Below the pieces are notes generated by a model. It saw nothing but the letters and a program-made list of their open reading frames with translations. It was not told where the DNA came from and made no database searches. A stretch of DNA of 63,027 nt, counting the filler, from Diploschistes diacapsis (lineage: Eukaryota): assembly GCA_023645945.1 (NCBI GenBank). It is 19 parts of 19 records of this genome, joined end to end, with 100 filler letters (N's around TTAATTAATTAA, not from the genome) between each part and the next. Parts side by side here need not be neighbours in the genome. Positions count along the whole stretch, not along the records: positions 1 to 20,173 come from JALAIB010000353.1; positions 20,274 to 21,504 come from JALAIB010003536.1; positions 21,605 to 22,835 come from JALAIB010003537.1; positions 22,936 to 24,166 come from JALAIB010003538.1; positions 24,267 to 25,497 come from JALAIB010003539.1; 14 more parts are not named here. One strand, given 5' to 3'. The position numbers and the translations under genes were made by a program. Shown piece after piece: positions 14,255 to 24,810 of this stretch. The stretch's first letter is position 1; each line of letters opens with the position of its first letter.

Positions 14255-14943
14255 ATGGCCTCCAAGGCCGTCGCCAAGTCCATCGGCGGCCCGATAGCCG
14301 TATCACAGGTATTCTTGCCCTACCAACGATTCCCAGCACAGAACTCATTAGCTTAAGAAATACACTACCCAATCCCATGGAATCTGGGAGCGTATTCGCC
14401 GTCTTCTGGCTGTCGCGCCCAACCGCTCCAACGGCATACCCTTAAACCCACAATACCGCAACCCCCCACCCGGATCCAACGACCCGAAAGCCTACGACGA
14501 CCCCATCACGCTGCCCGCAGGCGACATAGCAGACAACCCCTACTGGAAGCGCGACGTGCGGCGCAGTTACCCAAAACTCAGTGTCGTAAGCCAGGGGGAT
14601 ATAGTGGGCCTATTGACGGTAGGGAGCAGGGAAAAGCCGAAGGAGGAGGCGCTGCCTGTGGGCGACGCGGGGCATAAGCAGCTCGCGCTGGTGAAGGAAG
14701 AGGGTGAGAAGGGACTGGCTGCGTTCTTTGAGAGGGATCAGGGCGTGATGAGGAGCGTGCTGGGAGAGAACGGGCTGCCGCCGATGCCGGTAGGGATGCA
14801 TAAGAAGAGCGCGGGGGCGATCAAAAGATATATTTTGGAAGAAGAGCAGACGTATGGAGATGAGTAAGTATTGTCTTCAAATGATTTTTTTTGGAGCAAG
14901 CGCTAACGAATGTCGTAGGTATCCGTGCAGGACGTTCTCGTGA
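14255..14943 (+). CDS. NADH:ubiquinone oxidoreductase 21.3-kDa accessory subunit (NUZM/NDUFA7-like), spliced
   Basis: KYTTQSHGIWERIRRLLAVAPNRSNGIPLNPQYRNPPPG..DPITLPAGDIADNPYWKRDVRRSYPKLSVV..YPCRTFS stop. Introns at about 14309-14357 and 14863-14918. Confidence 0.85.
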
Positions 14944-15412
14944 GGTCAGAAGCAAGTCTCGCTAGAGCGTTCAAGTTCTTGGCCGATTCATACAGGTTAT
15001 GGAAAGCTCGGAGGAACCCTAGATGTCTGAAACCGCCTACATTGAGCTTGTACATATCCGCAAGGAGGCTTTTCTATACAGGTTGGGGATGATGATGGAA
15101 ACTCAGTAAGCATAGCCGGCGTCGGTTTCTTTTCCTTGGTTATAAACGTTCCATGTCTTAATAAATGGACTTGAGTGCATTATGCAGCCATCACCGTTCT
15201 GCCCGGGCGGTGGTAAATGTCCGGCTATTGATTGTCCGCATGGTGGCAATTTTCATCAATACCTGTGGACCGCTTTGCCTCGCTAGCTCATGTCACAAGA
15301 AATAGGATAGGCTTCAATTCCTCGTTTCCTCTTACCATGAGTATTGTATCTCCTTTTATCTATGGATGCCATCTTACGTCTAGCATGAAATCCACCGCAT
15401 TTTTCCTCAAGC

Positions 15413-16540
15413 ATGATCAATAGTATCCCACAAAACATGGATCTCGAGATATCGCTCGCATGCCACATATGTGGAAAGACGATGGCAGACCTCTACCAGT
15501 CCACTCAACTTCAAGGTCTGAGCGATGGAACTAGAAACGAAGGGTTAGCCACAATGCTTTGGATGACCGAATGCACTCATGTCATTTGTCGGCTTCACAT
15601 TCCGAATGGTAAGAGGCCTGACTTTGTCGGGAGCCATGTTTTATCGTCTTCGATTAGGTATCCCATTCTATTCTGAAGCGACTCGCCCAAACATCAAGTG
15701 TCCAAGGTGCTCCTCACATCGAACAACAGATCTCTTCTGGATTCGAGGGCTGGCTAGTGGCCAGCATGATCCAGCAATTGCATTTCAGTGCTTTGAGCAG
15801 CCCCAGCTCAACCTCCAAGAACAGCTGAGCTGCGAGGACCTAGCACTTTGGGTACGCTGAAGCTCACATTACCAACGTTGGTTTTTAATTCATGAGCACA
15901 GGTGCACTACAATGGAGCAAAGTCCGCGGCAATTGCACTCCAGCAACAATGCAAGGAACAGCAACTCGAGATTCAGAGGCTCAAGGCTCAACTCGGGGAG
16001 CCTCTATCTTGCAACACGTTTCAGATACCCGGTTTTACTGGGACACATATTAGGGGATCGGGACCGACCGTACCATCGAGCGGCCGACCTCAGCGGATTC
16101 CCCTGAAGCGAGCACTCGACTCAGCAGGCATAAGATTGGATAGTCGAAGAATCAGGCCTTTTCCACACAAACCCTCAAGAATTGAAGAATTAGAAGATTC
16201 TCCACCATCCAGGGCAGATCATCAAACATCATACCACTTTCAGACCGGCCAAGACAGGATGGCCCCTTACTCCACTGCGTGGACTTCCTCTTCAACCATT
16301 GACGAGGACGTCGCTTACTCTCCAGCCTTTTCGACACCTCGAATACGCTCAGACATCAGTCCTAGGCGGAAAGCCGTGATCTCCTCGCACAAGCTTGCGT
16401 CCTTCGGCACAGGTGACGACAGATTCGGAAGTAGAACTTCTGCACAACGGCGTCCAACAGGACCCATCGCACACCCTACCTTCGTTCCGAGAGTCAATGG
16501 AATGTACAAGTCGAGGTTCAAGGCAATCAGAGCTGAATGA
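15413..16540 (+). CDS. RING-finger protein with short coiled coil and Ser/Pro/Arg-rich tail, probably Zip3/Cst9/RNF212 family (3' end uncertain)
   Basis: Splicing out introns at about 15609-15657 and 15852-15901 gives CHIC..LWMTECTHVICRLH..GIPF..KCPRC (C3-H-C-H-C2 ligand order). This is followed by ALQQQCKEQQLEIQRLKAQL and a disordered tail. Confidence 0.55.
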
Positions 16541-17488
16541 GATAGGGATGTCTAAGGTTGCTCTGGATGGCAGATATCAGTACGCTGTCTGTGCGAAGTT
16601 CTTCCGGCTTGTCCTTCCGCCAAAGGATGCTTCCTGTGTCCTTTTTAACTACGCCGAACGCAGATGTTATTATTTTTGCTTCAAATTCTGTCTCATAGTG
16701 TCTTATGTCATCGCAGGCTTCTACACTCAACATAGCTACCACCAGTATGCCATCCATGAAGATCGTCAAGGCATCGGCAGTAATCTACAAAGTTATTTGC
16801 ATTGTTCGCATACTCTTCTTTTTGGAGCAGAGACTAATCAATATTTAGCCGATTATCCTCTGTCCTAGGAGCAAAGCTTATTTTCTTTATGAGCGATGAA
16901 GCTCAGTCTACTCACCCGGAGCTGCCTTTCCTTTCTCCTTATTTGACTATTTGGCGATGTTCATGGTCAGATGGCATTTGTATCTATCCTTAGACTGACT
17001 CTATATGGCTTCGTACTTGCGGAGCAGCGGCTCTAGGCTGTTTTTTAAGCATCGGGATTCGGAGTATTATACTCATCCGTCCAGATACTAAAACTTCATA
17101 GTTGAGTTTGAGTCACCTCCGCGGGTGCGTCGTAAGCTTCTGTGCCCCGTTCATGTGTGAAGATGCCAGCAAACACCGCAGAGGTGACGCGTGCGCCAAG
17201 AAGAGCTGTAGAACATCCCATATGGCTTTTGATCAATCATTCAAAGGTTATTTGTTGAATTGTAATTGAAAGGGCCCAGATGCTACCGCACCTCGATTGA
17301 ATATCTCGACTAGTACGGGACATAGCTCCTGCCCTGCCCGGTAGATTCCCCAACTCAGCCCCGCTCAAAAGCTCTCTCTCATTTCTCAACTTGAACTCAC
17401 GAGCGACTCCTCATTCTCCATTCTCCTTCAGTTTTTAAATCCTGCATTCTCAATTCCTTTGATTTCATTCTCAAGAACATACCTTAAG

Positions 17489-19837
17489 ATGGAGCCTGAG
17501 AATGACATACCTCCGCCGTACTCTGAAGTTGATCCCCAGCCTTCCAACCCCGATGTTGATCCCCAACCCCCATCTCTAACCTCTGCATCACGAGTCTCGC
17601 TACGAGGAGGCTACCTCCGCGGTGTGCCCTTTCATGAGGACTCTTCTACCACCTCGTTCTTCCAAGACCGGCCGTTTGAGTTTAGGTCTGATCGTCCGGT
17701 AATTGTTATCAACCGTGACATAACACCGGAGACCACGAGGGAAGATATTCAGCTCCCAAATAGCATTGGTACAAGCCGGAATGTCACGCTACAAGATTGG
17801 CAGACATTTGTCAATTACATTCTTACTGAGCTCGGCAACGAAACGCCCAACACCAAGAAAAAATCAAAGCAAAGAGTAACGCCTGAAAGCTTCCAAGCCT
17901 GTCAAGCCAAGATCGATGCTGTTGTGGCCGAATGGAACGAAGGGTTCTTCCAGCCGAGATCCATCAAGTTCGTTCCGCGTTTCTACTATAACCAACCACC
18001 GAGCCCAAGTCCGACCCACAGGACCGTCAGCAATGTGCAAGCGGCACCGGCTAATAGCCAACCAGCATATGCATCAGTGCAGCCAAAATATGTTCCTCCT
18101 CCGATTCCATTCAACTATGATGGAGATATGGAACCTGGAATGCGTGGCCGCGAAGGACCTTTTGGACACAGAGGTAGTTCCCTCGGTTATAGGGGTGGCT
18201 CATTTGGCGGCCCAGTTGGTGCTCCAGGTGGCCCTTTTGGGCATGCAGGTGAGCCTTTTCAGCGCGGTGGCTTTCGAGGTCGCGGTAGGGGCGGCCATCA
18301 CCATCTCGACAATGAAGTCGAGGTACCACGGCGCAAAAATAAAACTCGTCGCTCTGACAGTTTGTCTTCTTCGTCATCTTCTTCGTCAGACTCTTCCTCC
18401 GATTCCGATTCAGACAATGATCACCACTTCCACGGTGGCAGGAGGCATGGAGGAAGACGGAGCCATGGTGAAAGGAGAGGACGTGGACGCCACCGGGAAG
18501 GTCGACATCGCCGTTCTTTGAGCACCTCATCGTCGTCTTCAGACTCATCCGTTGGCTCAATCTCATCCTCGGATTTGGGTGGTGTAGACATGGACCATCT
18601 GCGCACAACCTTTGCAAACTTCCAACTGGACCCTCTAGACAGGCGTCAACACAAAGCTGCTTACCGCCAACTACGTGATGATCTTCGCTCGCACCAAAAG
18701 GATGCGCGCATGAATAAGCATGCTGTCAAGCGCGAAGTCCAGAATGGAGGTCGTGCGCAAAAGAAAGAGTTGAAGTCAGAGCTCAGGAATCTCAAGCGTG
18801 AAGTGAAGAAGAAGAAGAGAGAGGCCAAGCGAGAGTATAAAGCTGCAAAGAGAGAACAAAAGAAATTACGTAAAGAAGCGAAGAAGGCAGGTAGGAGGCG
18901 TGCTAGCGAGCCAGGACTCCATGAGCAAGTCCATGATCGGAATTTAGACGAACAGTTGCAAGGTTCCGCGGGCGGACAGGAAAACGGCACAATTCGAGGA
19001 CCAGGTTTAGGATTTACTTCCACCACGGTTCTCCCAACTTACGAGCAAGCAGAAAAGGAAAGATCCAAGGAACTGAGCGGAGATTCCAGCACGGATTCTT
19101 CGAGGCGTGAGATTCGAAGAAAAGCCAGGGAACTAGACAGACAGGCCCGGGACTTGGAGAGAAATGCCAGGGAACGCGAACGCGAAGCCGAGCTCCGTCG
19201 GCGAGAATATGAAAGTCAGGCCCATGGAAGGAGAGCAGAAGTGGAACGTCAAATAAGAGACGCTGTACGGGAAGCTGAGAGGGAAGTTCGCCGAACGAAG
19301 CAAAAGGGTGGAACGCCCTCTGACCTACAGACCGAGGTTTCCATTCGAAGCGGGAAACTCCGCAAGGAGGCTGAAGAAACTAACGCGCGCGAGGAAGAGA
19401 ACTGCAACGTCAACATAGCAATCTATCAAAGCCAAGCACATGAACTCAGGCAACAAGCCGAGCTGATCGCCGCAGAAGCTCGAGGCGTGTGGGACTCGCT
19501 GGAGAACGGCCCTCTGAGCGCTCGCTCGATGCCCGAACGAGCTCTGTTCATGCAGCCTGGAGAAGTCGATCACGGGGATAGCTACGGAATCGGACGATCT
19601 ATCCCAGGGCAGGGCTTCTCCAACGGGTGTGAATTCGGTACTGGAGCAGGGCCAAGCGTCAGAGTCCGCGGTTTCGGTACGGGCTTTGGTACACGCGCGG
19701 GTAATCAAGGCGAAGCATTGGGAAGGAATCTCGAGGCTTGGGGAAACCGCTTTGGAAGGTATATGGAGCGGTGGGGTGAGGATTTTGGGCGGCAAATGGA
19801 GGCGCATGGTCAGGCTTTGGAGAGGAAGCTCTCTTGA
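17489..19837 (+). CDS. Hypothetical protein: PPPY motif, small conserved N-domain, RGG/Gly- and Ser-rich tracts, charged coiled coils
   Basis: 782-codon intronless ORF with MEPENDIPPPYSE, DWQTFVNYIL, VAEWNEGFFQPRSI, RGG repeats, a K/R/E-rich helical region and LPTYE. Confidence 0.75.
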   Translation: MEPENDIPPPYSEVDPQPSNPDVDPQPPSLTSASRVSLRGGYLRGVPFHEDSSTTSFFQDRPFEFRSDRPVIVINRDITPETTREDIQLPNSIGTSRNVTLQDWQTFVNYILTELGNETPNTKKKSKQRVTPESFQACQAKIDAVVAEWNEGFFQPRSIKFVPRFYYNQPPSPSPTHRTVSNVQAAPANSQPAYASVQPKYVPPPIPFNYDGDMEPGMRGREGPFGHRGSSLGYRGGSFGGPVGAPGGPFGHAGEPFQRGGFRGRGRGGHHHLDNEVEVPRRKNKTRRSDSLSSSSSSSSDSSSDSDSDNDHHFHGGRRHGGRRSHGERRGRGRHREGRHRRSLSTSSSSSDSSVGSISSSDLGGVDMDHLRTTFANFQLDPLDRRQHKAAYRQLRDDLRSHQKDARMNKHAVKREVQNGGRAQKKELKSELRNLKREVKKKKREAKREYKAAKREQKKLRKEAKKAGRRRASEPGLHEQVHDRNLDEQLQGSAGGQENGTIRGPGLGFTSTTVLPTYEQAEKERSKELSGDSSTDSSRREIRRKARELDRQARDLERNAREREREAELRRREYESQAHGRRAEVERQIRDAVREAEREVRRTKQKGGTPSDLQTEVSIRSGKLRKEAEETNAREEENCNVNIAIYQSQAHELRQQAELIAAEARGVWDSLENGPLSARSMPERALFMQPGEVDHGDSYGIGRSIPGQGFSNGCEFGTGAGPSVRVRGFGTGFGTRAGNQGEALGRNLEAWGNRFGRYMERWGEDFGRQMEAHGQALERKLS

Positions 19838-20173
19838 CGAAGGACCTGTACGGGGAAAAATGTCCGCAGCTTTGTTCTTTACATTACATTAGGATAGTGG
19901 ACGCTCGCGACGATTCGGAAACGATCAGATTGGTTGCAGGAACTTTATATACACTACCCTTATGGATAATATGCAGTCCAAGACTTTCAGCCCAGATGCA
20001 TTCGTCAATCGTGTGACTGAAGGAGGCTCTCAAAGAAACTCCCATCACTACCGCCTCTCTTCTCCCAAGCCCACCATCTCACGACTTCGCCTCATTCCTC
20101 TCCACCAGATCCCCCACCCCTAACCCCCTGCCAACCTTAACCTTCCTCTTCTTCTCCCTCTCCTTCTCCTTCT

Positions 20174-20273
20174 NNNNNNNNNNNNNNNNNNNNNNNNNNN
20201 NNNNNNNNNNNNNNNNNTTAATTAATTAANNNNNNNNNNNNNNNNNNNNNNNNNNNNNNNNNNNNNNNNNNNN
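20174..20273. other. Artificial contig spacer (44 N + TTAATTAATTAA + 44 N); 17 copies in the window
   Basis: The identical 100-nt block starts at 20174, 21505, 22836, 24167, 25498, 45754, 47085, 48416, 49746, 51076, 52405, 53734, 55063, 56391, 57719, 59047, 60374 and 61701. The 12-mer places stop codons in all six frames. Confidence 0.97.
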
Positions 20274-20684
20274 GTTCTCGATTATCTATTATATAATCCA
20301 AATTTGAACGCTATAGAATATCTTTGACTTAGATTAAAAGAAAAAGTATTTTGACTTCAGTCAGAACTTAAAACAATACGTAAAATCAAGAATAATAAAA
20401 AACAGGCTTTAAAAGCTGCTATTATCGAGACATTTGGTCAAATTACGGCAGATAAAGAATAGGATTTACCTACTCGATTAATCTACTCGATATTTACGCG
20501 AATTCAGGCTGTATACGACGCGTAGGGGTGGTAAATAAAGTATTAATAGATATTACGAATAAAGGGCATCAAAATGATCTAAAAAGCGCATTTATAGGAC
20601 ATTATTTGGGTGCGCATCGCATCTCCAAAGTTGGTGATGTCTACTATAATTTAGGTAGGGACCATTACTTTTGGCACGTGACTG
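20274..20684 (+). mobile_element. Tc1/impala-like transposon 3' end (RIP-mutated transposase C-terminus plus TIR)
   Basis: YNPNLNAIEYL*LRLKE matches the SPDLNPIEHLW motif, and SIFTRIQAVYDA*GW*IKY* matches SMPxRIQAV..GWxTKY. The TIR ends ACTTTTGGCACGTGACTG followed by TA. Confidence 0.8.
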
Positions 20685-20686
20685 TA

Positions 20687-20767
20687 ATGTCCGTGTCAAT
20701 GTCCGTGCCGAGAAACTTTTTGCTGCGGTGTCCGTGTCAGTGTCCGTGGCACGAAACGGCCAGCCTA
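20687..20767 (-). mobile_element. hAT-like element terminus (TAGGCTGGCCGT family)
   Basis: Reverse complement of TAGGCTGGCCGTTTCGTGCCACGGACACTGACACGGACAC, with GTGTCCGT subterminal repeats. Confidence 0.65.
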
Positions 20768-21109
20768 ATCTTTATTTCGTTCTTTTAAGCATAGCACGGA
20801 TATTTATTTCGGTAGTTTGTATAGATCTTTCGGCAGTATTATTTTGGTTTAACGTGTATGATACTGTCGGTTTTATTTTAATTCTTAAACTTTTCCCATA
20901 ATTATAGATTGTAGAAATTATTTTAGGTGTATTATCGAGACGTATCGCTTTTAGTTATTTATCGTGTTAGAATTCTGTATTTATTTTCTAGAATTATAGA
21001 ATACGAATAGCATCTTTCTGAATTTTATAAAAAATAGATCAAGTTTTTCGCGAATAATTTCTCGAATATTAATATATTATTATAATTTAAAGATTTATAA
21101 ATAATTATT

Positions 21110-21504
21110 TAGGCTGGCCGTTTCGTGCCACGGACACTGACACGGACACTACAGCAAAAATTTTCTCGGCACGGACACTGACACGGACACTGCACTGCGG
21201 TGAAAGCACGAACACGGACACCGCAGTAAAAATTTTTAAATACGGACACTAACACGGACATTATATTGTAATGAAAACACGGACACGGACACCGCAACAA
21301 AAAATTTTAAAACACGGACACTAATACGGACATTATATTTCCGCGAATTCACGAACACGGATACCGCAGTTTAATTTTTAAAAAAATAAAAGCGTGAGAA
21401 ATAAACGTGATAATTCTAGAATTATTAAAATAAAAAAGTTATTTAAAAATGTTTCGGTGAATGCACGGATACGAATATTATAATAAAAAAATTTTCGATA
21501 CGGA
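21110..21504 (+). mobile_element. hAT-like element terminus with ACACGGAC subterminal array
   Basis: Starts TAGGCTGGCCGTTTCGTGCCACGG and has more than 10 CACGGACAC-type motifs. The same end occurs at 23812, 24810 (inverted) and 57937. Confidence 0.7.
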
Positions 21505-21604
21505 NNNNNNNNNNNNNNNNNNNNNNNNNNNNNNNNNNNNNNNNNNNNTTAATTAATTAANNNNNNNNNNNNNNNNNNNNNNNNNNNNNNNNNNNNNNNN
21601 NNNN

Positions 21605-21971
21605 TATAATTTTTATCTTTTTTAATCATTCAATATCGTAATATTTTCGTCGTTGAAAAACGCGTTGGCGTAAAAAACGGATTATATTATTCGATTAAAT
21701 AAATCGCGTATGGTACGTTTAAAATAGATCGAATTATTTTTAATAATTCGGGTTAAATCGAATCGAATAATTTTAAAACGATCTATAACGCGTAAAAAAC
21801 GTCGTCGCGTTTTTAAAATCAAGAAAAATGAAAAGAAGGAAGATGGATTCGATTTAAATCGATTAAATTTTGATTACGACGAATAGATTGAATCTAAAAA
21901 CTATAAAATGTTAACGGTAGTGATTTGAGGTGGCCGGAATCTAGGGTGGCCGAACTTACCGTTAAATACGT
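21605..21971 (+). mobile_element. pogo/Fot1-like transposon right end (RIP-mutated)
   Basis: TIR GATTTGAGGTGGCCGGAATCTAGGGTGGCCGAACTTACCGTTAAATACGT followed by TA. Matches the ends at 46220, 53379, 58782 and 60751. Confidence 0.75.
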
Positions 21972-22233
21972 TAATAAATAAATACGGTTATTAATAGTTT
22001 ATACGTATTTTTAAATCTTTAATTAAATCGAATCGACCCGAAACGCGTCGTTTATTAATTATAAACGATTATAATAATTATATTACCGCCAATATTATTC
22101 GCTTTTATCTGTCTAATCGAATCGATCTAATAATATTATTTCCGTATAATTCTTATTTTCTTTAATTATTCGACATCGCAATATTTTCGCCGTTAAAAAA
22201 CGTGTTAACGCAAAAGACGAATCATATTACTCG

Positions 22234-22530
22234 TGAAACGCCAGCGCAGGAATGGGATACTACACTACCGGGGGCTGGGCCTGATCCGGTGAGATTACGT
22301 GTAGCTGGGCATCTGTAGGTAAAAGGTCTCGATTCGAAAAGCTAGAGAAGAAACTATCTAAATGGGAGGATAGCAGGAATAAATAGTGTGTAGGTGCCAG
22401 CCCTACGGAATTCGGGTTCTACCCGCCTACACAACCACCCCCTAACATCCTTGGCACGGTTGATACCCGTCATGTGATTCTGCCGTCACGTGACCCCGGT
22501 AACTTAGCACGCCTGGACTGATCTGTCTTA
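22234..22530 (-). mobile_element. 3' LTR of Ty3/Gypsy family A (TGAAAC/TGAGAC...GTTTCA); pol end continues to 22835
   Basis: Shares the roughly 140-bp 3' module with 47783, 50591, 54514 and 62170. On the minus strand it is preceded by the same pol-end/polypurine tract seen at 50230-50272. Confidence 0.75.
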
Positions 22531-22935
22531 TTATCTTCTTCTTTAGATATTTATGTCTTTTATAAACGCGATGGTACCTTTTTTAATTAATATTTATCTC
22601 GATTCTCATCTCTTTCGCTGATTTATTTAAAATAATATCTATTATTCTTTCGTAATAGATATTATCGTCCTTTTAAACCTTTTTTAATAATATTGTTATT
22701 TAAATATATTTTTAGATTTTATAAAAGAACGAGATCGTTATAATAATCGATATTACTTTATTTTAAAAACTCGTTTTCGTTTATAGTCCTTATTGGCGTG
22801 TATTATTTATTTTTAGGCGTCGTTAATTATAAAAANNNNNNNNNNNNNNNNNNNNNNNNNNNNNNNNNNNNNNNNNNNNTTAATTAATTAANNNNNNNNN
22901 NNNNNNNNNNNNNNNNNNNNNNNNNNNNNNNNNNN

Positions 22936-23162
22936 ATGAAAAATTACTTATTATGTTAGTTTATTCTATGACCAAGCGTATATAGGTCTATATGGACGTG
23001 CAAGGATAATAAATTAAATATTAATATTTTTATTTATTTAAGAGCTTTAAAATGATCTAATTTACGCATTCATTAAAGTTTTATAGAGCGCGCAATAGCT
23101 TGATGAAGTTGGTGGGTCGTGTTTTGTTGTTTTCATACCCAACTACTTTTGGGACCCCACTG
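22936..23162 (+). mobile_element. Second Tc1/impala-like transposon 3' end
   Basis: SMTKRI*VYMDVQG**IKY* (SMxxRIQA..GWQTKY motif). The TIR reverse complement is CAGTGGGGTCCCAAAAGTAGTTGGG, followed by TA. Confidence 0.75.
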
Positions 23163-23595
23163 TACAATTCTGTCTAGTTTGCTATGTGTAATTCCAGTGA
23201 ACAATAAATATCTAGTTGTTTATTAGAAAATTGGGTATATGGCTGGAAGGCAGAGGAGCTCCAGCATTTTACCTTTATTCATTTGGTCATGGTATGACAG
23301 GGTACGCTAACGTGTTGCCCCTAATACCCGAACGGACCCTAGTAACCGAACATCCATAAGCGCTTTTTACACCCAAAATGCCTTCCTCTTTTTTATTCAT
23401 TATAAGCACCATATATATTTTTATGTTTTATTAATTTAAACCTAGATATAATCGATGATGGAAAATGCTTTTTTTAAGACGAAAACTCGATCCCCCTCGC
23501 TATCGTTTTATCAAATCGCTCGACGTAACGGCGTCCCCCTTTCTTCTTCTTACGATAAGCTTAGTGGCCGCCCTAAATTTTTTATTGATTATTAA

Positions 23596-23785
23596 TGAAA
23601 CGCCAGAGCAGGAATGGGATACTACAATACCGGGGCTGGGCCTGATCCGGAAGGATTACGTGTAGCTGGGTATTTGTAGGTAAAAGGTCTCGATTCGAAA
23701 AGCTAGAGAAGAAACTATTTAAATGAGAGGGTGATATAAATATATAATGTGGGTGCCAGTTTTATAAGTATACGGGTATTACCCG
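23596..23785 (-). mobile_element. Truncated family A LTR (3' module)
   Basis: TGAAACGCCAGAGCAGGAATGGGATACTAC..AAAAGGTCTCGATTCGAAAAGCTAG, interrupted at 23786 by TA and a pogo-type TIR. Confidence 0.75.
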
Positions 23786-23811
23786 TAACGTGTTTGACGG
23801 GGAGTTGGGCC

Positions 23812-24166
23812 TAGGCTGGCCGTTTCGTGCCACGGTCACTGACACGGACACTGCAGCAAAAATTTTCAAAACACGGACATTGACACGGACATAACAGCTA
23901 AAATTTTAAAACACGGATATTTACACGAACACTACATTACAATAAAAACACGGACACTGACATTACAATTAAAAATTTTAAAATATTAATATTAACACGG
24001 ACACTACATTTCCGTAAATCCACCGAAATACTACGGTAAATCAATCGAAATATCGTAATAAAAAATTTTTAAAAAATAAAAGCGTAAGAAATAGACGTAA
24101 TAATTCTAGAATTATTAAAATTAAAAAAATAATTTAAAATATTTCGGTAAATGCACGGACACGGAT
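23812..24166 (+). mobile_element. hAT-like element terminus with subterminal repeats
   Basis: TAGGCTGGCCGTTTCGTGCCACGGTCACTGACACGGACAC plus a CACGGAC array. Confidence 0.7.
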
Positions 24167-24266
24167 NNNNNNNNNNNNNNNNNNNNNNNNNNNNNNNNNN
24201 NNNNNNNNNNTTAATTAATTAANNNNNNNNNNNNNNNNNNNNNNNNNNNNNNNNNNNNNNNNNNNN

Positions 24267-24810
24267 CAGTGTCAGTGTCAGTGTTAGTGTTTTAGATTTT
24301 TTAGTTGTAGTGTCCGTGTCCGTGGATTCACGGAAGTGCAGTGTCCGTATTAATATTAATATTTTAAAAATTTTAATTGTAATGTCCGTGTCCGTGCTTT
24401 TACTATAATTTAATATCCGTGTTAATATTCGTACCGAGAAAACTTTTATTATAGTGTCCTTGTCCGTGCATTCATCGAAACATTTTAAAATATTTTTTTA
24501 ATTTTAATAATTCTGGAATTATTATGTCTATTTCTCACGTTTTAATTTTTTTAAAAATTTTTATCGCGGTGTTTCGGTGGATTTATCGTAATGTTTCGAT
24601 GGCTTTACGGAAGTGTAATGTCCGTATTAATGTTAATATTTTAAAAATTTTAATTGTAGTGTCCGTGTCCGTGTTTTTATTGTAATATAATGTCCGTGTT
24701 AGTGTCCGTGTTTTAAAATTTTAGTTGTAGTGTCCGTGTTAGTGTCCGTGTTTTGAAAATTTCTGCTGTAGTGTCCGTGTCAGTGACCGTGGCACGAAAC
24801 GGCCAGCCTA
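24267..24810 (-). mobile_element. hAT-like element terminus (inverted) with GTGTCCGT array
   Basis: Ends GTGACCGTGGCACGAAACGGCCAGCCTA. It is the reverse complement of the 23812 end. Confidence 0.7.

Noticed and set aside
15185..15272. Two adjacent hairpins upstream of the RING gene as a possible H/ACA snoRNA
   Set aside because: There is no convincing ANANNA hinge or correctly placed ACA box, and the stems are short enough to occur by chance.
20218..20229. TTAATTAATTAA palindromic motif recurring every 1.33 kb
   Set aside because: It is always centred in exactly 44+44 N, so it is a synthetic six-frame-stop linker and not biology.
21110..21400. CACGGAC arrays as CRISPR or telomeric repeats, and their Cys/Pro-rich ORFs as metallothioneins
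   Set aside because: Spacing is irregular and anchored to a TIR. The CPCQCP peptides are just translations of GTGTCC repeats.
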